Origin: a virus
Taxonomy: Duplodnaviria > Caudoviricetes
IMG/VR virus record: IMGVR_UViG_3300023055_000005
DNA: 64,000 bases
Direction: 5' to 3' (one strand)
Shown: positions 1 through 8,533 of the stretch, piece by piece
Layout of the letters: each line of letters starts with the position of its first letter
How positions within the stretch are numbered: the stretch's first letter is position 1
Program-made: the position numbers and the translations under genes
The notes under the pieces: generated by a model
Databases searched by the model: none
Told to the model about the DNA's origin: nothing
Seen by the model: the letters and a program-made list of their open reading frames with translations, nothing else

Positions 1-2
1 TG

Positions 3-980
3 GATACCTCCGATGCCATCGGTCGCGACGGCATTGGTCTGGTCGTCTCCAATGCGTACAACATGGCAACCGCTGCAGCTGGCACGTACAACAAGACCAA
101 CCTGCTTCAGTACGCTACCTACGTGGCGCACCTGATGAAGAAGTACCCGAACATGACGTTGATCGTTGAGCGCAAGGGCTCGGGTCAGTCGGTACTGGAC
201 ATGCTGTTGATGCTCCTGCCGAAGATGGGGATGGATCCCTTCAAGCGTCTGTTCAACCGGGTGGTCGATGAAGCTGCTGAGAAGCGTGATCGCTTCGAGG
301 AAGTCTGGCGTACTCCGGAGACCCACCGCAGCGTGGAGTTCTACTCTCGCTACAAGGAACTGTTCGGCTTCGTCACGACCAAGGAAACCCGTGACCTGCT
401 GTACGGGGACGTGTTGCAGGAAGCGGCGCGTGGTTGCTGTGATGGCGTCATCGACAAAACGCTGTCCAATGAAATCCGTGGGCTGGTCATCAAGAACGGT
501 CGACTGGATCACAAGGCCGGTGGGCACGATGACATGGTCATCTCCTGGCTGCTCAACCACTGGCTGGCTCAGTACGGTCGGAACCTGGAGCACTACGGTA
601 TCCCGACCAAGCTGCTGCGTCGTGCTGTCTCCAACGCGGGGCGTGCTCTGCGTCATGAGGAGGTCCGTCAGCAGGAACAGCAATCCAGCCTCCAGCAGGA
701 GATCGACGCGCTCGCTGACAAGCTCAAGAGCGTACGTGACCCGATGCTGGAAGCCAAGCTGTCTCACCGCCTGAAGGTTCTCCAGAGCCGTGTGGTGGTC
801 TCCGATGCTGACGCTACCAGTGTGGATGAACTGCTGCGTAGTAGCGAGGACTCGCGTGAGGTTAGCATGAAGTCCGATGCTGTGGCTCGCCGTCGTCCGA
901 TCGATTCCGATTCCCTGCGCAATGGTCTGCGAGGTCGTCGTTCCGATCCTCTGCGTGAACTGGCAGTGTGGCGAAGCTGA
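3..980 (+). CDS. terL: Terminase large subunit, C-terminal nuclease domain (5'-truncated by window edge)
   Basis: Frame is open from position 3 (DTSDAIGRDG). Contains IVERKGSG and GGHDDMVISWLL, RNase H-fold nuclease motifs typical of phiKZ-like terminases. Confidence 0.88.
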   Translation, partial: DTSDAIGRDGIGLVVSNAYNMATAAAGTYNKTNLLQYATYVAHLMKKYPNMTLIVERKGSGQSVLDMLLMLLPKMGMDPFKRLFNRVVDEAAEKRDRFEEVWRTPETHRSVEFYSRYKELFGFVTTKETRDLLYGDVLQEAARGCCDGVIDKTLSNEIRGLVIKNGRLDHKAGGHDDMVISWLLNHWLAQYGRNLEHYGIPTKLLRRAVSNAGRALRHEEVRQQEQQSSLQQEIDALADKLKSVRDPMLEAKLSHRLKVLQSRVVVSDADATSVDELLRSSEDSREVSMKSDAVARRRPIDSDSLRNGLRGRRSDPLRELAVWRS

Positions 981-1020
981 TCTGTATGAACCCTTCACTG
1001 GGTAATACGAAACGGGAGAG

Positions 1021-1854
1021 TTGATAATGGATCGCTGGGCACAAGTACTGAAGAAGCCAACCTCGGTATTGTCACTGATATTCTGGCCACTGGTAACGGT
1101 GGCTCGATTGTTCGTGGCCATCATGCGGGGCTTCGGTTGGGGCTTTGCTCGGGAGAAGGGAAGCGTGTGGGTTGGTTTCGGCTGGCCCACACAGCGCAAC
1201 ACCGGACAGGAGTTCTCGATGTTCTGGAACTTCTTCAAGGTGGGTAGCCGTCTTGGTATCAATTTGACCATACGGCGGGAGATCGAAGATGCGTACACAC
1301 TGCACATCTCCATCCCCTATCTCTTCTCTCTCCAGATATCCCTCGACGTTGGCTTGTCAAAGTTCCGTGAGGTCTTCTTACGGGGTGCGAACAGCTATTG
1401 CTGGAAGATCGTCTATTACACCTCTGGCTTCTTTGAGGTGAAGGCGAACTACCGCAAGTTCGATGGGGAACGGAAAGGTACTGGCTTCAATTATCAGCGA
1501 GAGGAACCGGGCAGGCACGAGTACCACATCGAGAAAGTGCAGCTGGTTCGCGGCTACGGTCACATTGCACCGACCGAGCACATGCCGCCTGAGAAGGTCA
1601 ATGTCGAGGTGTCTGTCGAGGACGTGTTCCCGATCAATCACCTGGGCTTGGTCAAACTTCATGATCGCACCCGACGCTACACCTGCCGACTGGTCAATCC
1701 CATCGGTGTCGTAGAGCATGACCCCACCGGGATTAAGTTCCCGCGTACTGTCACGCTGGCCGTTGAGGACTCCACCTTCCAGACCACTGCTGTCACCAGT
1801 GTTGGTCAGGCGGTTTCCCAGTACGGCGATTACCTCGCCCAGCTCAGGGCATAG
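1021..1854 (+). CDS. Hypothetical protein with N-terminal hydrophobic segment
   Basis: 277-aa ORF with GGGAG SD upstream and a terminator hairpin just after the stop. Hydrophobic stretch SVLSLIFWPLVTVARLFVAIM. Confidence 0.7.
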   Translation: MIMDRWAQVLKKPTSVLSLIFWPLVTVARLFVAIMRGFGWGFAREKGSVWVGFGWPTQRNTGQEFSMFWNFFKVGSRLGINLTIRREIEDAYTLHISIPYLFSLQISLDVGLSKFREVFLRGANSYCWKIVYYTSGFFEVKANYRKFDGERKGTGFNYQREEPGRHEYHIEKVQLVRGYGHIAPTEHMPPEKVNVEVSVEDVFPINHLGLVKLHDRTRRYTCRLVNPIGVVEHDPTGIKFPRTVTLAVEDSTFQTTAVTSVGQAVSQYGDYLAQLRA

Positions 1855-1856
1855 AA

Positions 1857-1890
1857 GCATAGAGGCAGGGCTCGCGCCCTGCCTCTATGC
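1857..1890. terminator. Bidirectional terminator hairpin between convergent genes
   Basis: Perfect 15-bp inverted repeat GCATAGAGGCAGGGC-tcgc-GCCCTGCCTCTATGC. Confidence 0.85.
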
Positions 1891-1893
1891 CGT

Positions 1894-2316
1894 TTACATC
1901 GCCACTATCTCTCGAATCTCACCGTCGAGATTGTCCCGACGCAATCGCCGGATCACACGGTCGAGGTAGGCGTTGATCGCCAGGTAGTGCGGATACTCGC
2001 TCCATTTCAGGAACCAGTTGCTCATCATTGGGTAAGTGACGGGCTCCAAACACTGTGGGTCGACGCGGTCGGATTGACTCCCGGAAACCGCACCAGTAAC
2101 CACGAACACACTCTTGCGAGAAGATGGAATCCACCACCGCTCGTAGGTTGTGCGATAGACGATACGCTTGCACACGACCGTCAGCTCCAAGACTCCCTCG
2201 GTGCCGATCGAGAACTTCTTTGTGGAAGCCTCATTGGATCGTTGGTACGTTTGCGTATGGGATCTGCCTGTTACGTGGTGGCACAACACACCCAAGTAGA
2301 AGAGGAAAAACTTCAT
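1894..2316 (-). CDS. Hypothetical protein
   Basis: 140-aa ORF co-oriented with the upstream minus-strand gene and ending at the bidirectional hairpin. Start codon uncertain. Confidence 0.45.
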   Translation of the reverse strand: MKFFLFYLGVLCHHVTGRSHTQTYQRSNEASTKKFSIGTEGVLELTVVCKRIVYRTTYERWWIPSSRKSVFVVTGAVSGSQSDRVDPQCLEPVTYPMMSNWFLKWSEYPHYLAINAYLDRVIRRLRRDNLDGEIREIVAM

Positions 2317-2346
2317 TGAAACCTGCCTTGGGGTTGGTACTGCCTA

Positions 2347-3567
2347 CTACGAGTAATGTTCCTTGGCAAATGCTCGCAGGACGAGGTACAGCATGACCGA
2401 CGTCCTTACCGAAGAGATGACGCTCTCGTTTCGCGTTTTCACTGCCTGGCGGACGACCTTGTCCGAAAGGGCCTTCATTTTCAGAAGGGATGGATCAACC
2501 ATCCGTGACGCCATGTAGAGCGCTCTCAGCCGAGCGATAAGTGGAACAAGAATCGAGCCGCTGTTGGCGAGGGACTTGTCGTTCAGCACGACGCTGTACG
2601 CGTGAACGAGAGTTTCGTCAACCAGTTGCTCGACTTCGGGCACACCGGGAACTCGATGGTTATCGGAGATCCAAGTGAGCGCCTCTTCAAGCAGCTTCTG
2701 CGGGGTAGTGCGCATCGACGAGATGATCACCTGCACCAACTCCGTACGGATGAAGGTGGGGCGGTCACCGATTACGTCGTGGAGGTAACGGGTGTAGGTC
2801 GTGTAGGTACGCTGCTTGTCCTTCACGATAACCTGGCCGTTCAACTCAACCGTGGAGGAAGTGGACCGCAAGGTGTTGCCACTGGCACGCACCTCGTAGA
2901 ACAGCTCCGTCAGGTTCTTCACGTACTCACGCAGACGCTGCTGGATATCGGTGATCATGTAGCCCACAGCGGCGTCGGGGCCGTGGTCCACGATGGTCTT
3001 GTGATGCACCGACGTTTTGGACAGAATGTCATCGGTCCGGAAATCGATCAGGGCGCCCCAGCTACCCACGATCTTCAGCAGGAACTTGCGGGTCATGGCA
3101 GCAGCAGTTGCTTGCGCTACGGCCAAGTCGCTGGGGAACTTGAAGTTGTGCGCCATGATGGAGCTGAGGAACTTGTACTGCAGGATCGTCAGCACGTCCT
3201 TCATGCCGGTCTCTTTCTGGGAGGTCGGCAACTTGGAGTGATAGATGGCGCTGACCAGCCAGCAGCACGTTTGGTTCATGGCATCGGTGATGCGCACGAA
3301 GTCTTCGTTGATCGTCGGCAATGCAACGATACGACTACGCAGTTCATCCTCGTCGATGTTCAGGATGTCATCGAAGAACTCAGCGCGCTGCTCGTCCCGG
3401 AAGCGGAACGGGTAATGCCCGAGCAGGTTCGAGCCCAGGAACTTGACGTGGTCAGGGTTCTTGGTGGCGAACTCGATGCGGAATCGGTGAAGACGCTTCA
3501 TCAGCGCCAGATCGATTTTGACGTCCTTGCAAACATCGGCAAAGACAGACTTCAGGGACTCGGCCAT
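2347..3567 (-). CDS. Conserved phiKZ-like protein, probable virion structural protein
   Basis: 406-aa ORF with LGSNLLG, LQYKFLSSIMAHNFKF and RTSVMLYLVLRAF segments, recalled as a conserved phiKZ-family gene near terminase. Confidence 0.6.
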   Translation of the reverse strand: MAESLKSVFADVCKDVKIDLALMKRLHRFRIEFATKNPDHVKFLGSNLLGHYPFRFRDEQRAEFFDDILNIDEDELRSRIVALPTINEDFVRITDAMNQTCCWLVSAIYHSKLPTSQKETGMKDVLTILQYKFLSSIMAHNFKFPSDLAVAQATAAAMTRKFLLKIVGSWGALIDFRTDDILSKTSVHHKTIVDHGPDAAVGYMITDIQQRLREYVKNLTELFYEVRASGNTLRSTSSTVELNGQVIVKDKQRTYTTYTRYLHDVIGDRPTFIRTELVQVIISSMRTTPQKLLEEALTWISDNHRVPGVPEVEQLVDETLVHAYSVVLNDKSLANSGSILVPLIARLRALYMASRMVDPSLLKMKALSDKVVRQAVKTRNESVISSVRTSVMLYLVLRAFAKEHYS

Positions 3568-3614
3568 GTTCGCCTACCATAGATTCTAAAGGGGGGTGCA
3601 TAAAATGGGATCGG

Positions 3615-3637
3615 AAAACTTTTGAACTCTATATTAC
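3615..3637 (+). promoter_or_regulatory. Early (virion-RNAP) promoter
   Basis: AAAACTTTTGAACTC-TATATTAC. TATATTAC (3630-3637) is the published phiKZ early-promoter core. Confidence 0.75.
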
Positions 3638-3713
3638 CCTAGTGAGCACTTGCCTTAAACGAGGCTCTCGCTCGAAATCCTTCTTCGAAGTTCAACCAAC
3701 TGAGTAATCCATA

Positions 3714-3875
3714 ATGTTCAAATCCCTCCTGGCTGTTGCCGGCGTCGTTGCTGTTGGCGCTGTCGCTTACACCCTGTTCAACGATGCTCAGGGAAGCGCC
3801 GACCATCCGGTCGTCGACGGGGAGCCCCAGGCTCCGGACATCAGCGGCGACACGACCGCAGCTCCGGCGATCTGA
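3714..3875 (+). CDS. Small single-pass membrane protein (53 aa, not in ORF track)
   Basis: MFKSLLAVAGVVAVGAVAYTLFNDAQG...APAI*. First ORF after the TATATTAC promoter, with phage-like codon usage. Confidence 0.7.
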   Translation: MFKSLLAVAGVVAVGAVAYTLFNDAQGSADHPVVDGEPQAPDISGDTTAAPAI

Positions 3876-4082
3876 GCAATCAGCAGTAAAGCCTTACACC
3901 CATAAGCTATCCTCTGGGTGTAAATACTTAGTGGCATCCCAACGTCCTGTAGTGCCCCTCACAGGGCTTTGACTCTAAGACGGATGGACGTTCACGCGTC
4001 TACCTTCGCAAGTCCTACAGGGCGTCTGAGGGCGCCCTACCCCGCAGTACCATGTCCCATCAACAAGAGCACAAAAAGCACA

Positions 4083-5333
4083 ATGAGCATCGAAACCAAG
4101 AACAACGAATCGACCCCGGATCAGACCGCCCTGGTTCAGCTGGCCACGGCCTTCCTCTCCAACCCGTCCAAGGAAACCCACGACGCCTTCCTGAAGGAAG
4201 ACCTCAAGGACGTGACCGAAGGCGGTGACGTGATCACCTACAGCGAAGGCTTCTTCGGCGAGCAGCTGGTCAAGGACATCTCCGCTCGCTTCCCGGAAGC
4301 TGCTGCCTTCGCCGGCGTGCCGGGCTACGCCCTGCAGGCAAGCAACGAAGCTGGCCAGACCGACAAGGCCGATGCCGAATTCGCTGCTGACGCCGATGGC
4401 ACCACCGCGCAGGCTGGCGAAGTCAACCCGCTGGTGCGTGAAGCCGTGCTGCAGTTCCTGGCCCACCCGAACGAAGAAACCTACAACGGTTACTTCATCG
4501 CCCTGTCCCAGACCGGCGGCGCCGGCCTGCCGGCAGAGTACTCGCAGAACGAGCAGGAGAAGCTGGCTGCCCACCTGACCGAGTTCTACCCGGAACTGGC
4601 TGAAGAAGCCGACCAGTCGCTGATCTCGGACGACCAGGAGACCACCCTGGAAAAGATCGAGGCCATCATCATCGACACCACGGTGGAAACCGAAGTGCGT
4701 CTGGAGCAGCTGGCTTCCGAGCTGATCGCTTCCGACGAGATGGTCCGCGGCGCCTACTGCCAGGCCCTGGGCATCAGCCCGAACGACTACGACAGCGAAG
4801 ACGCGCTGGTGAAGGCGCTGGCTGAAGGCCTGATCGCCCTGGAAGGTCCGACCATCGCCGAAGTGCGCCTGGCCGCCACCCAGAGCCTGCAGAACAACGT
4901 CCGCATCCGCAAGGAAATGGAAGCGCGTCAGGCCGTGAGCGATCACGTCGAAGGTCGTCTGGATCCCCGCGTGCGCGGCAAGATCTCCTCGATCATGACC
5001 AACCGCTACAACTTCCAGTCCCAGTTCGGCGTGCTGCACACCCCCGGCGCCTGGTCCGCTTCCAACAAGCTGGCCAAGGCCATCTCCGAGCACTTCGAAG
5101 TCCTGCAGGGCAACGATGAAGTGACCGAAGAAGCCGTGGTTGAACTGCTGGCCACCCTGGAAGAAGCCGGCAAGGAACTGACCGCCGAATTCGAAGCGGC
5201 CATGACCGGCACCGCTGCGATCTCCTACCTGGATCGTTTCGCCTCCTTCCGCGCTCGTCCGCGTCCGGCCTCGGTGCCGGCTGCTGAAGCTGCGCAGGCT
5301 GTGGGTGAAGGCGACGAAGGTCCGGCTGCGTAA
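4083..5333 (+). CDS. Acidic hypothetical protein with an internal repeat, probably highly expressed
   Basis: ATG at 4083 after an A-rich leader. Very strong C/G-ending codon bias. Followed by a UUCG terminator. Confidence 0.8.
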   Translation: MSIETKNNESTPDQTALVQLATAFLSNPSKETHDAFLKEDLKDVTEGGDVITYSEGFFGEQLVKDISARFPEAAAFAGVPGYALQASNEAGQTDKADAEFAADADGTTAQAGEVNPLVREAVLQFLAHPNEETYNGYFIALSQTGGAGLPAEYSQNEQEKLAAHLTEFYPELAEEADQSLISDDQETTLEKIEAIIIDTTVETEVRLEQLASELIASDEMVRGAYCQALGISPNDYDSEDALVKALAEGLIALEGPTIAEVRLAATQSLQNNVRIRKEMEARQAVSDHVEGRLDPRVRGKISSIMTNRYNFQSQFGVLHTPGAWSASNKLAKAISEHFEVLQGNDEVTEEAVVELLATLEEAGKELTAEFEAAMTGTAAISYLDRFASFRARPRPASVPAAEAAQAVGEGDEGPAA

Positions 5334-5351
5334 TCGTTTCAACGCGTGCTT

Positions 5352-5402
5352 CCACTGGGGAGGAGGGGACTTCGGTCCTCTCCTTCCTGGTGGTTTTATG
5401 TC
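5352..5402 (+). terminator. Terminator hairpin (UUCG loop) followed by TTTTATGTC
   Basis: CCACTGGGGAGGAGGGGAC-ttcg-GTCCTCTCCTTCCTGGTGG directly after the stop at 5333. Confidence 0.8.
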
Positions 5403-5623
5403 TGTAGTAAAAAATTACTCACGACCCCTTTCATCTGAATGGAACTTTCCTCTCGGGGGAAACCATTTAAAGGAAGGGGGTATGCGAGAAACTTTAGTGA
5501 AGCTGTTGAGGAGGCGTAGCGTAGCTACTAGCCTCCGAGAATGCTTTCTATGCCCTGTGGAAAGCGTATAGCGCCCACGTTGAGTATTAACTGATAGGGG
5601 ATGGGGATAGTACGATCCTGTTA

Positions 5624-5974
5624 GTGGATGCCCATGAGTACCTAGTCGTGTCAAGTAAAGCACAAGCCTTTGAGCAGTTGAAACCAGCTGCCCTGAAGAA
5701 GAACCTCAAACTCCCTTACTTCAACAATCAGCGTGGGGATGACGCTGAGTACAAAACCGGGATGAAGGCATACAACACTGCCAACCGGAAGATCTACCAA
5801 CTCTTGAAAGAAGCACCTGAGTTTAGTGATGAGCGTAGGTTCTTGAACCATGCTTACGAACGACTGCTCGACTGCATGCCCCAGCCCACGGTCTCACGCA
5901 GAGCTACGAGCCTGCAAGTGTACCTGGATCAACTGGAGGCTTTGACTGTAGTGTGTGAGCAAGCTGCCAGCTAA
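5624..5974 (+). CDS. Hypothetical protein
   Basis: 116-aa ORF on the locally coding strand. No recognisable motif. Confidence 0.55.
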   Translation: MDAHEYLVVSSKAQAFEQLKPAALKKNLKLPYFNNQRGDDAEYKTGMKAYNTANRKIYQLLKEAPEFSDERRFLNHAYERLLDCMPQPTVSRRATSLQVYLDQLEALTVVCEQAAS

Positions 5975-6014
5975 TCCTGTGTAGCCATACTCACCCACCC
6001 CTTTGGAGATTTCC

Positions 6015-6488
6015 ATGCGTGACCTTTCCTCCCTGCTCGACCCCAGCGCCGATGCCTCCAGCCGTGTGGACATCCATGCGGTACAGAACGAAGATAGCCA
6101 GTGGCAGCAGTACCTTGCACAGAACCTGCGTATGAGCAAGGTGTACGTGCTGGACGCTGCAGTGTCTGCCGAGAGCATCTCGATGGAGACCCAGCAGTTG
6201 GAGCAGGCCGCACTGGCTGAAGCCTCCGACGAACAACCGGTCTATCCCATCCAGCTGTACGTGCTGGACAATGGGCAGGACTACACCGAGATCCATCGCG
6301 TGCTGAACAAGGCACATGGTGATCCGGACCACACGGTGATCGTGCTGCTTGCCCCGCAGGCAACCGACTCCGAAGTCAAGGGCGATGCAGCGCAGCTGCT
6401 GTCGGTCCATGACCAGCTGGCCAACAGTGGCGCCAAGGTCTACACGACCATCGAAGACGCCACCGAATACCTGAACTCCCTGGTCTAA
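6015..6488 (+). CDS. Divergent nucleoside 2-deoxyribosyltransferase-like (Rossmann/TIR-like) protein
   Basis: GGAG SD then ATG 6015. Pattern W..YL...L / LYVL / P.HTVIVLL / SGAKVYTTIEDATEYLN parallels the phage Nuc_deoxyri_tr2 family (LYVITP, P.KT..vL, NGa..f.sL...a.YLN). Confidence 0.5.
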   Translation: MRDLSSLLDPSADASSRVDIHAVQNEDSQWQQYLAQNLRMSKVYVLDAAVSAESISMETQQLEQAALAEASDEQPVYPIQLYVLDNGQDYTEIHRVLNKAHGDPDHTVIVLLAPQATDSEVKGDAAQLLSVHDQLANSGAKVYTTIEDATEYLNSLV

Positions 6489-6496
6489 GGCCAGTA

Positions 6497-6532
6497 GTGC
6501 TGGGCAGGCCTTCGGGTCTGCTCAGTATGCCC
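6497..6532 (+). terminator. Terminator hairpin (UUCG) + TATGCCC
   Basis: GTGCTGGGCAGGCC-ttcg-GGTCTGCTCAGTAT. Confidence 0.75.
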
Positions 6533-6590
6533 TGTAGTAAATCCCGATACACCCTCTCTTAGCTATGAACAACCAAAGGAGTAGTACCCC

Positions 6591-7181
6591 ATGAAGCGCA
6601 GCCACTATCCGCTGAACCCGCTCTGCCACCTGGCCGCTATCGGCTATTGCTTCCCCGACGATGCCTTCCTCACCCGTGAAGGTGCGCCGAACCTGTTCGA
6701 GCCGACCATGGCTCGTCCGATGGCTACCCACCTGCTCCACTGGCTGGCCCAGCAGGAGAAGTTCCTCAAGCACCTGCCGGACGATCGCAAGGATCTGTTC
6801 TTCAAGGCCGTGGTGATCGATCAGGAACTGCGGGTGAATGTCTACCACGCCTTCGGGCCGGAAGACGTCAACGAATGTCAAGTTGACACCCAGCCGATCT
6901 TCTCCTCGGACTGGATCAACGAAGGCGAGTTCCGTTGGCTGGTCACCCCGATCCTGCACAACTTCACCGGCAAGCGCGGCGGGCTGTTCTCGGCCAAGCC
7001 CAAGCGGACCATCGAAGCGCAGTTCATCAACATGCCCTGCACCGCCAAGCGCTATCGTCCGACCGAGCCCTACAGCTCGTTCAAGATGCGCCTGAACGAT
7101 GTGCAGCTGGGCATGGTGCGTGCTCGTATGGATGCCAAGCAGATCATCAACGGCGATGTGTACGCCGAGTCGGCAGCATAA
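6591..7181 (+). CDS. Hypothetical protein
   Basis: 196-aa ORF with AAAGGAG SD, followed by a UUCG hairpin and T-tract. Confidence 0.75.
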   Translation: MKRSHYPLNPLCHLAAIGYCFPDDAFLTREGAPNLFEPTMARPMATHLLHWLAQQEKFLKHLPDDRKDLFFKAVVIDQELRVNVYHAFGPEDVNECQVDTQPIFSSDWINEGEFRWLVTPILHNFTGKRGGLFSAKPKRTIEAQFINMPCTAKRYRPTEPYSSFKMRLNDVQLGMVRARMDAKQIINGDVYAESAA

Positions 7182-7188
7182 TGGTTAT

Positions 7189-7231
7189 GGGGGAGCCTTC
7201 GGGCTCCCCCTAGTCCTATCCCTTTTTTTTT
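7189..7231 (+). terminator. Intrinsic terminator
   Basis: GGGGAGCC-ttcg-GGCTCCCC, then a T-run to 7231. Confidence 0.75.
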
Positions 7232-7297
7232 GGTCACGACATGATCTACGAGTACAATGTCAAAATGCTGACCGGCTTCCCCAAGGAGGAACCCCAC

Positions 7298-7618
7298 ATG
7301 ACGGACAACGTCGTGAACCTGGGTATCGGGATCATCCAACGTGATATTGGAAAGGTCATCGATGCCATGTGCCGTGAGTTTGAGATCAAAGATCTTCGCA
7401 TTACGGTACAGATCACCAAGGATGACTTCGTGGATGTGGATATCCATGAGATCACCTGTGCCTTGCCACCCAATGACTTCCAGGGTCGACTGATGCGTGC
7501 AGTGCGCAGCATGCTGCCCAAGCTGAAGAAGCAGGACGTCAAGACGATCACGATCCGTGCTCGTATCAACTACGCCGACAAACGCGTGATCACTGTCCTG
7601 GCTCACCAGACAGCATAA
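7298..7618 (+). CDS. Hypothetical protein
   Basis: AAGGAGG SD before ATG 7298 (MTDNVVNL...). Confidence 0.7.
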   Translation: MTDNVVNLGIGIIQRDIGKVIDAMCREFEIKDLRITVQITKDDFVDVDIHEITCALPPNDFQGRLMRAVRSMLPKLKKQDVKTITIRARINYADKRVITVLAHQTA

Positions 7619-7648
7619 GAGGAGGGGCGAGAGCCCCTCCCCTATGTC
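7613..7648. terminator. Bidirectional terminator hairpin
   Basis: GCATAAGAGGAGGGGC-gaga-GCCCCTCCCCTATGTC between convergent genes. Confidence 0.8.
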
Positions 7649-7649
7649 C

Positions 7650-8453
7650 TTAACGACCAGAGGCCATCAAGTGCTTGAGACTGCGCTTCTTCTGTTCGTA
7701 GTCGCCCAGTACCGAGGAGACCTTCCATTCCTTCTGCAGGAACTCCTGGTACATCTCTTCGGCATCAGCGTAACGTTCCACGACGTTCTTGAACGAACCG
7801 ATGCTGAAGCCGCCCCGGATCTCACCTTCGTCGATGAGGATTTCCAGGTGGTTGTAGATGTAGGCCTTGGTGGCCAACTTGGCGCCCTTGGTGAAACGGT
7901 GCCAGGTGCGCGGGTTGAGCGAGGTGAACTCTGCATCGTAGGCCACGATAGCGCGCAGGAAGATGTTGCGCGGCAGGGCCATGTTGTCTTCCACGCAGAT
8001 CACGTTGCGGCCCACCAGACGCACGTAGGCGGTGGACACCAGCGGGATGGGCATGTGCGAGGAGAGCACACCGGAGGCAGCATCGAGCATGGGCGAGTGG
8101 CCACGCATACCCATGTTGGTGGTGCCCATGATCGTGCCTTCGCCGAAGGTCACATTCAGAGGCTGGATGATGTCACGGTTGTTGGTGAGCTTGTCGGGGA
8201 TCTCGTAGATCACCCGGAACTCATCGGCGTATTCCGGACGCAGGCCAACCAGAGGAATGGTGACCTCATGACCACCGGTCAGGTTGTAGTCTTCGATCAA
8301 ACGACCGTAGATCACCTTCTCTCGCAGGCCGGTCTCGTAGTTGATCGGCGCACGGTAACCATCGAACCGCGATGGCGGGTTGAATGCTTCGTTGAGGATC
8401 TGCACCGGAATCGTCGCCGCGATTTCGCGCAATGCTTTGTTGATGACGGACAT
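7650..8453 (-). CDS. Conserved phiKZ-like virion structural protein
   Basis: 267 aa. MSVINKAL..I...IP..IL N-terminus, YEIPDKLTNNRDI and Y..A..MY.EFL..W segments typical of this conserved family (recalled). Confidence 0.6.
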   Translation of the reverse strand: MSVINKALREIAATIPVQILNEAFNPPSRFDGYRAPINYETGLREKVIYGRLIEDYNLTGGHEVTIPLVGLRPEYADEFRVIYEIPDKLTNNRDIIQPLNVTFGEGTIMGTTNMGMRGHSPMLDAASGVLSSHMPIPLVSTAYVRLVGRNVICVEDNMALPRNIFLRAIVAYDAEFTSLNPRTWHRFTKGAKLATKAYIYNHLEILIDEGEIRGGFSIGSFKNVVERYADAEEMYQEFLQKEWKVSSVLGDYEQKKRSLKHLMASGR

Positions 8454-8533
8454 GGCGCCTCCTGGTTTCAATTTCTACACCCCAGACGATGCTATGAACC
8501 GTAGGGTGAACTCATAAGAAAGGAGCCGCTTCA

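Noticed and set aside
1987-2319. Alternative plus-strand ORF
   Set aside because: It lies downstream of the bidirectional terminator and antisense to the minus-strand operon that ends at that terminator.
7222-7231. T-run as a possible frameshift site
   Set aside because: Intergenic, directly after a UUCG hairpin, so it is a terminator U-tract.
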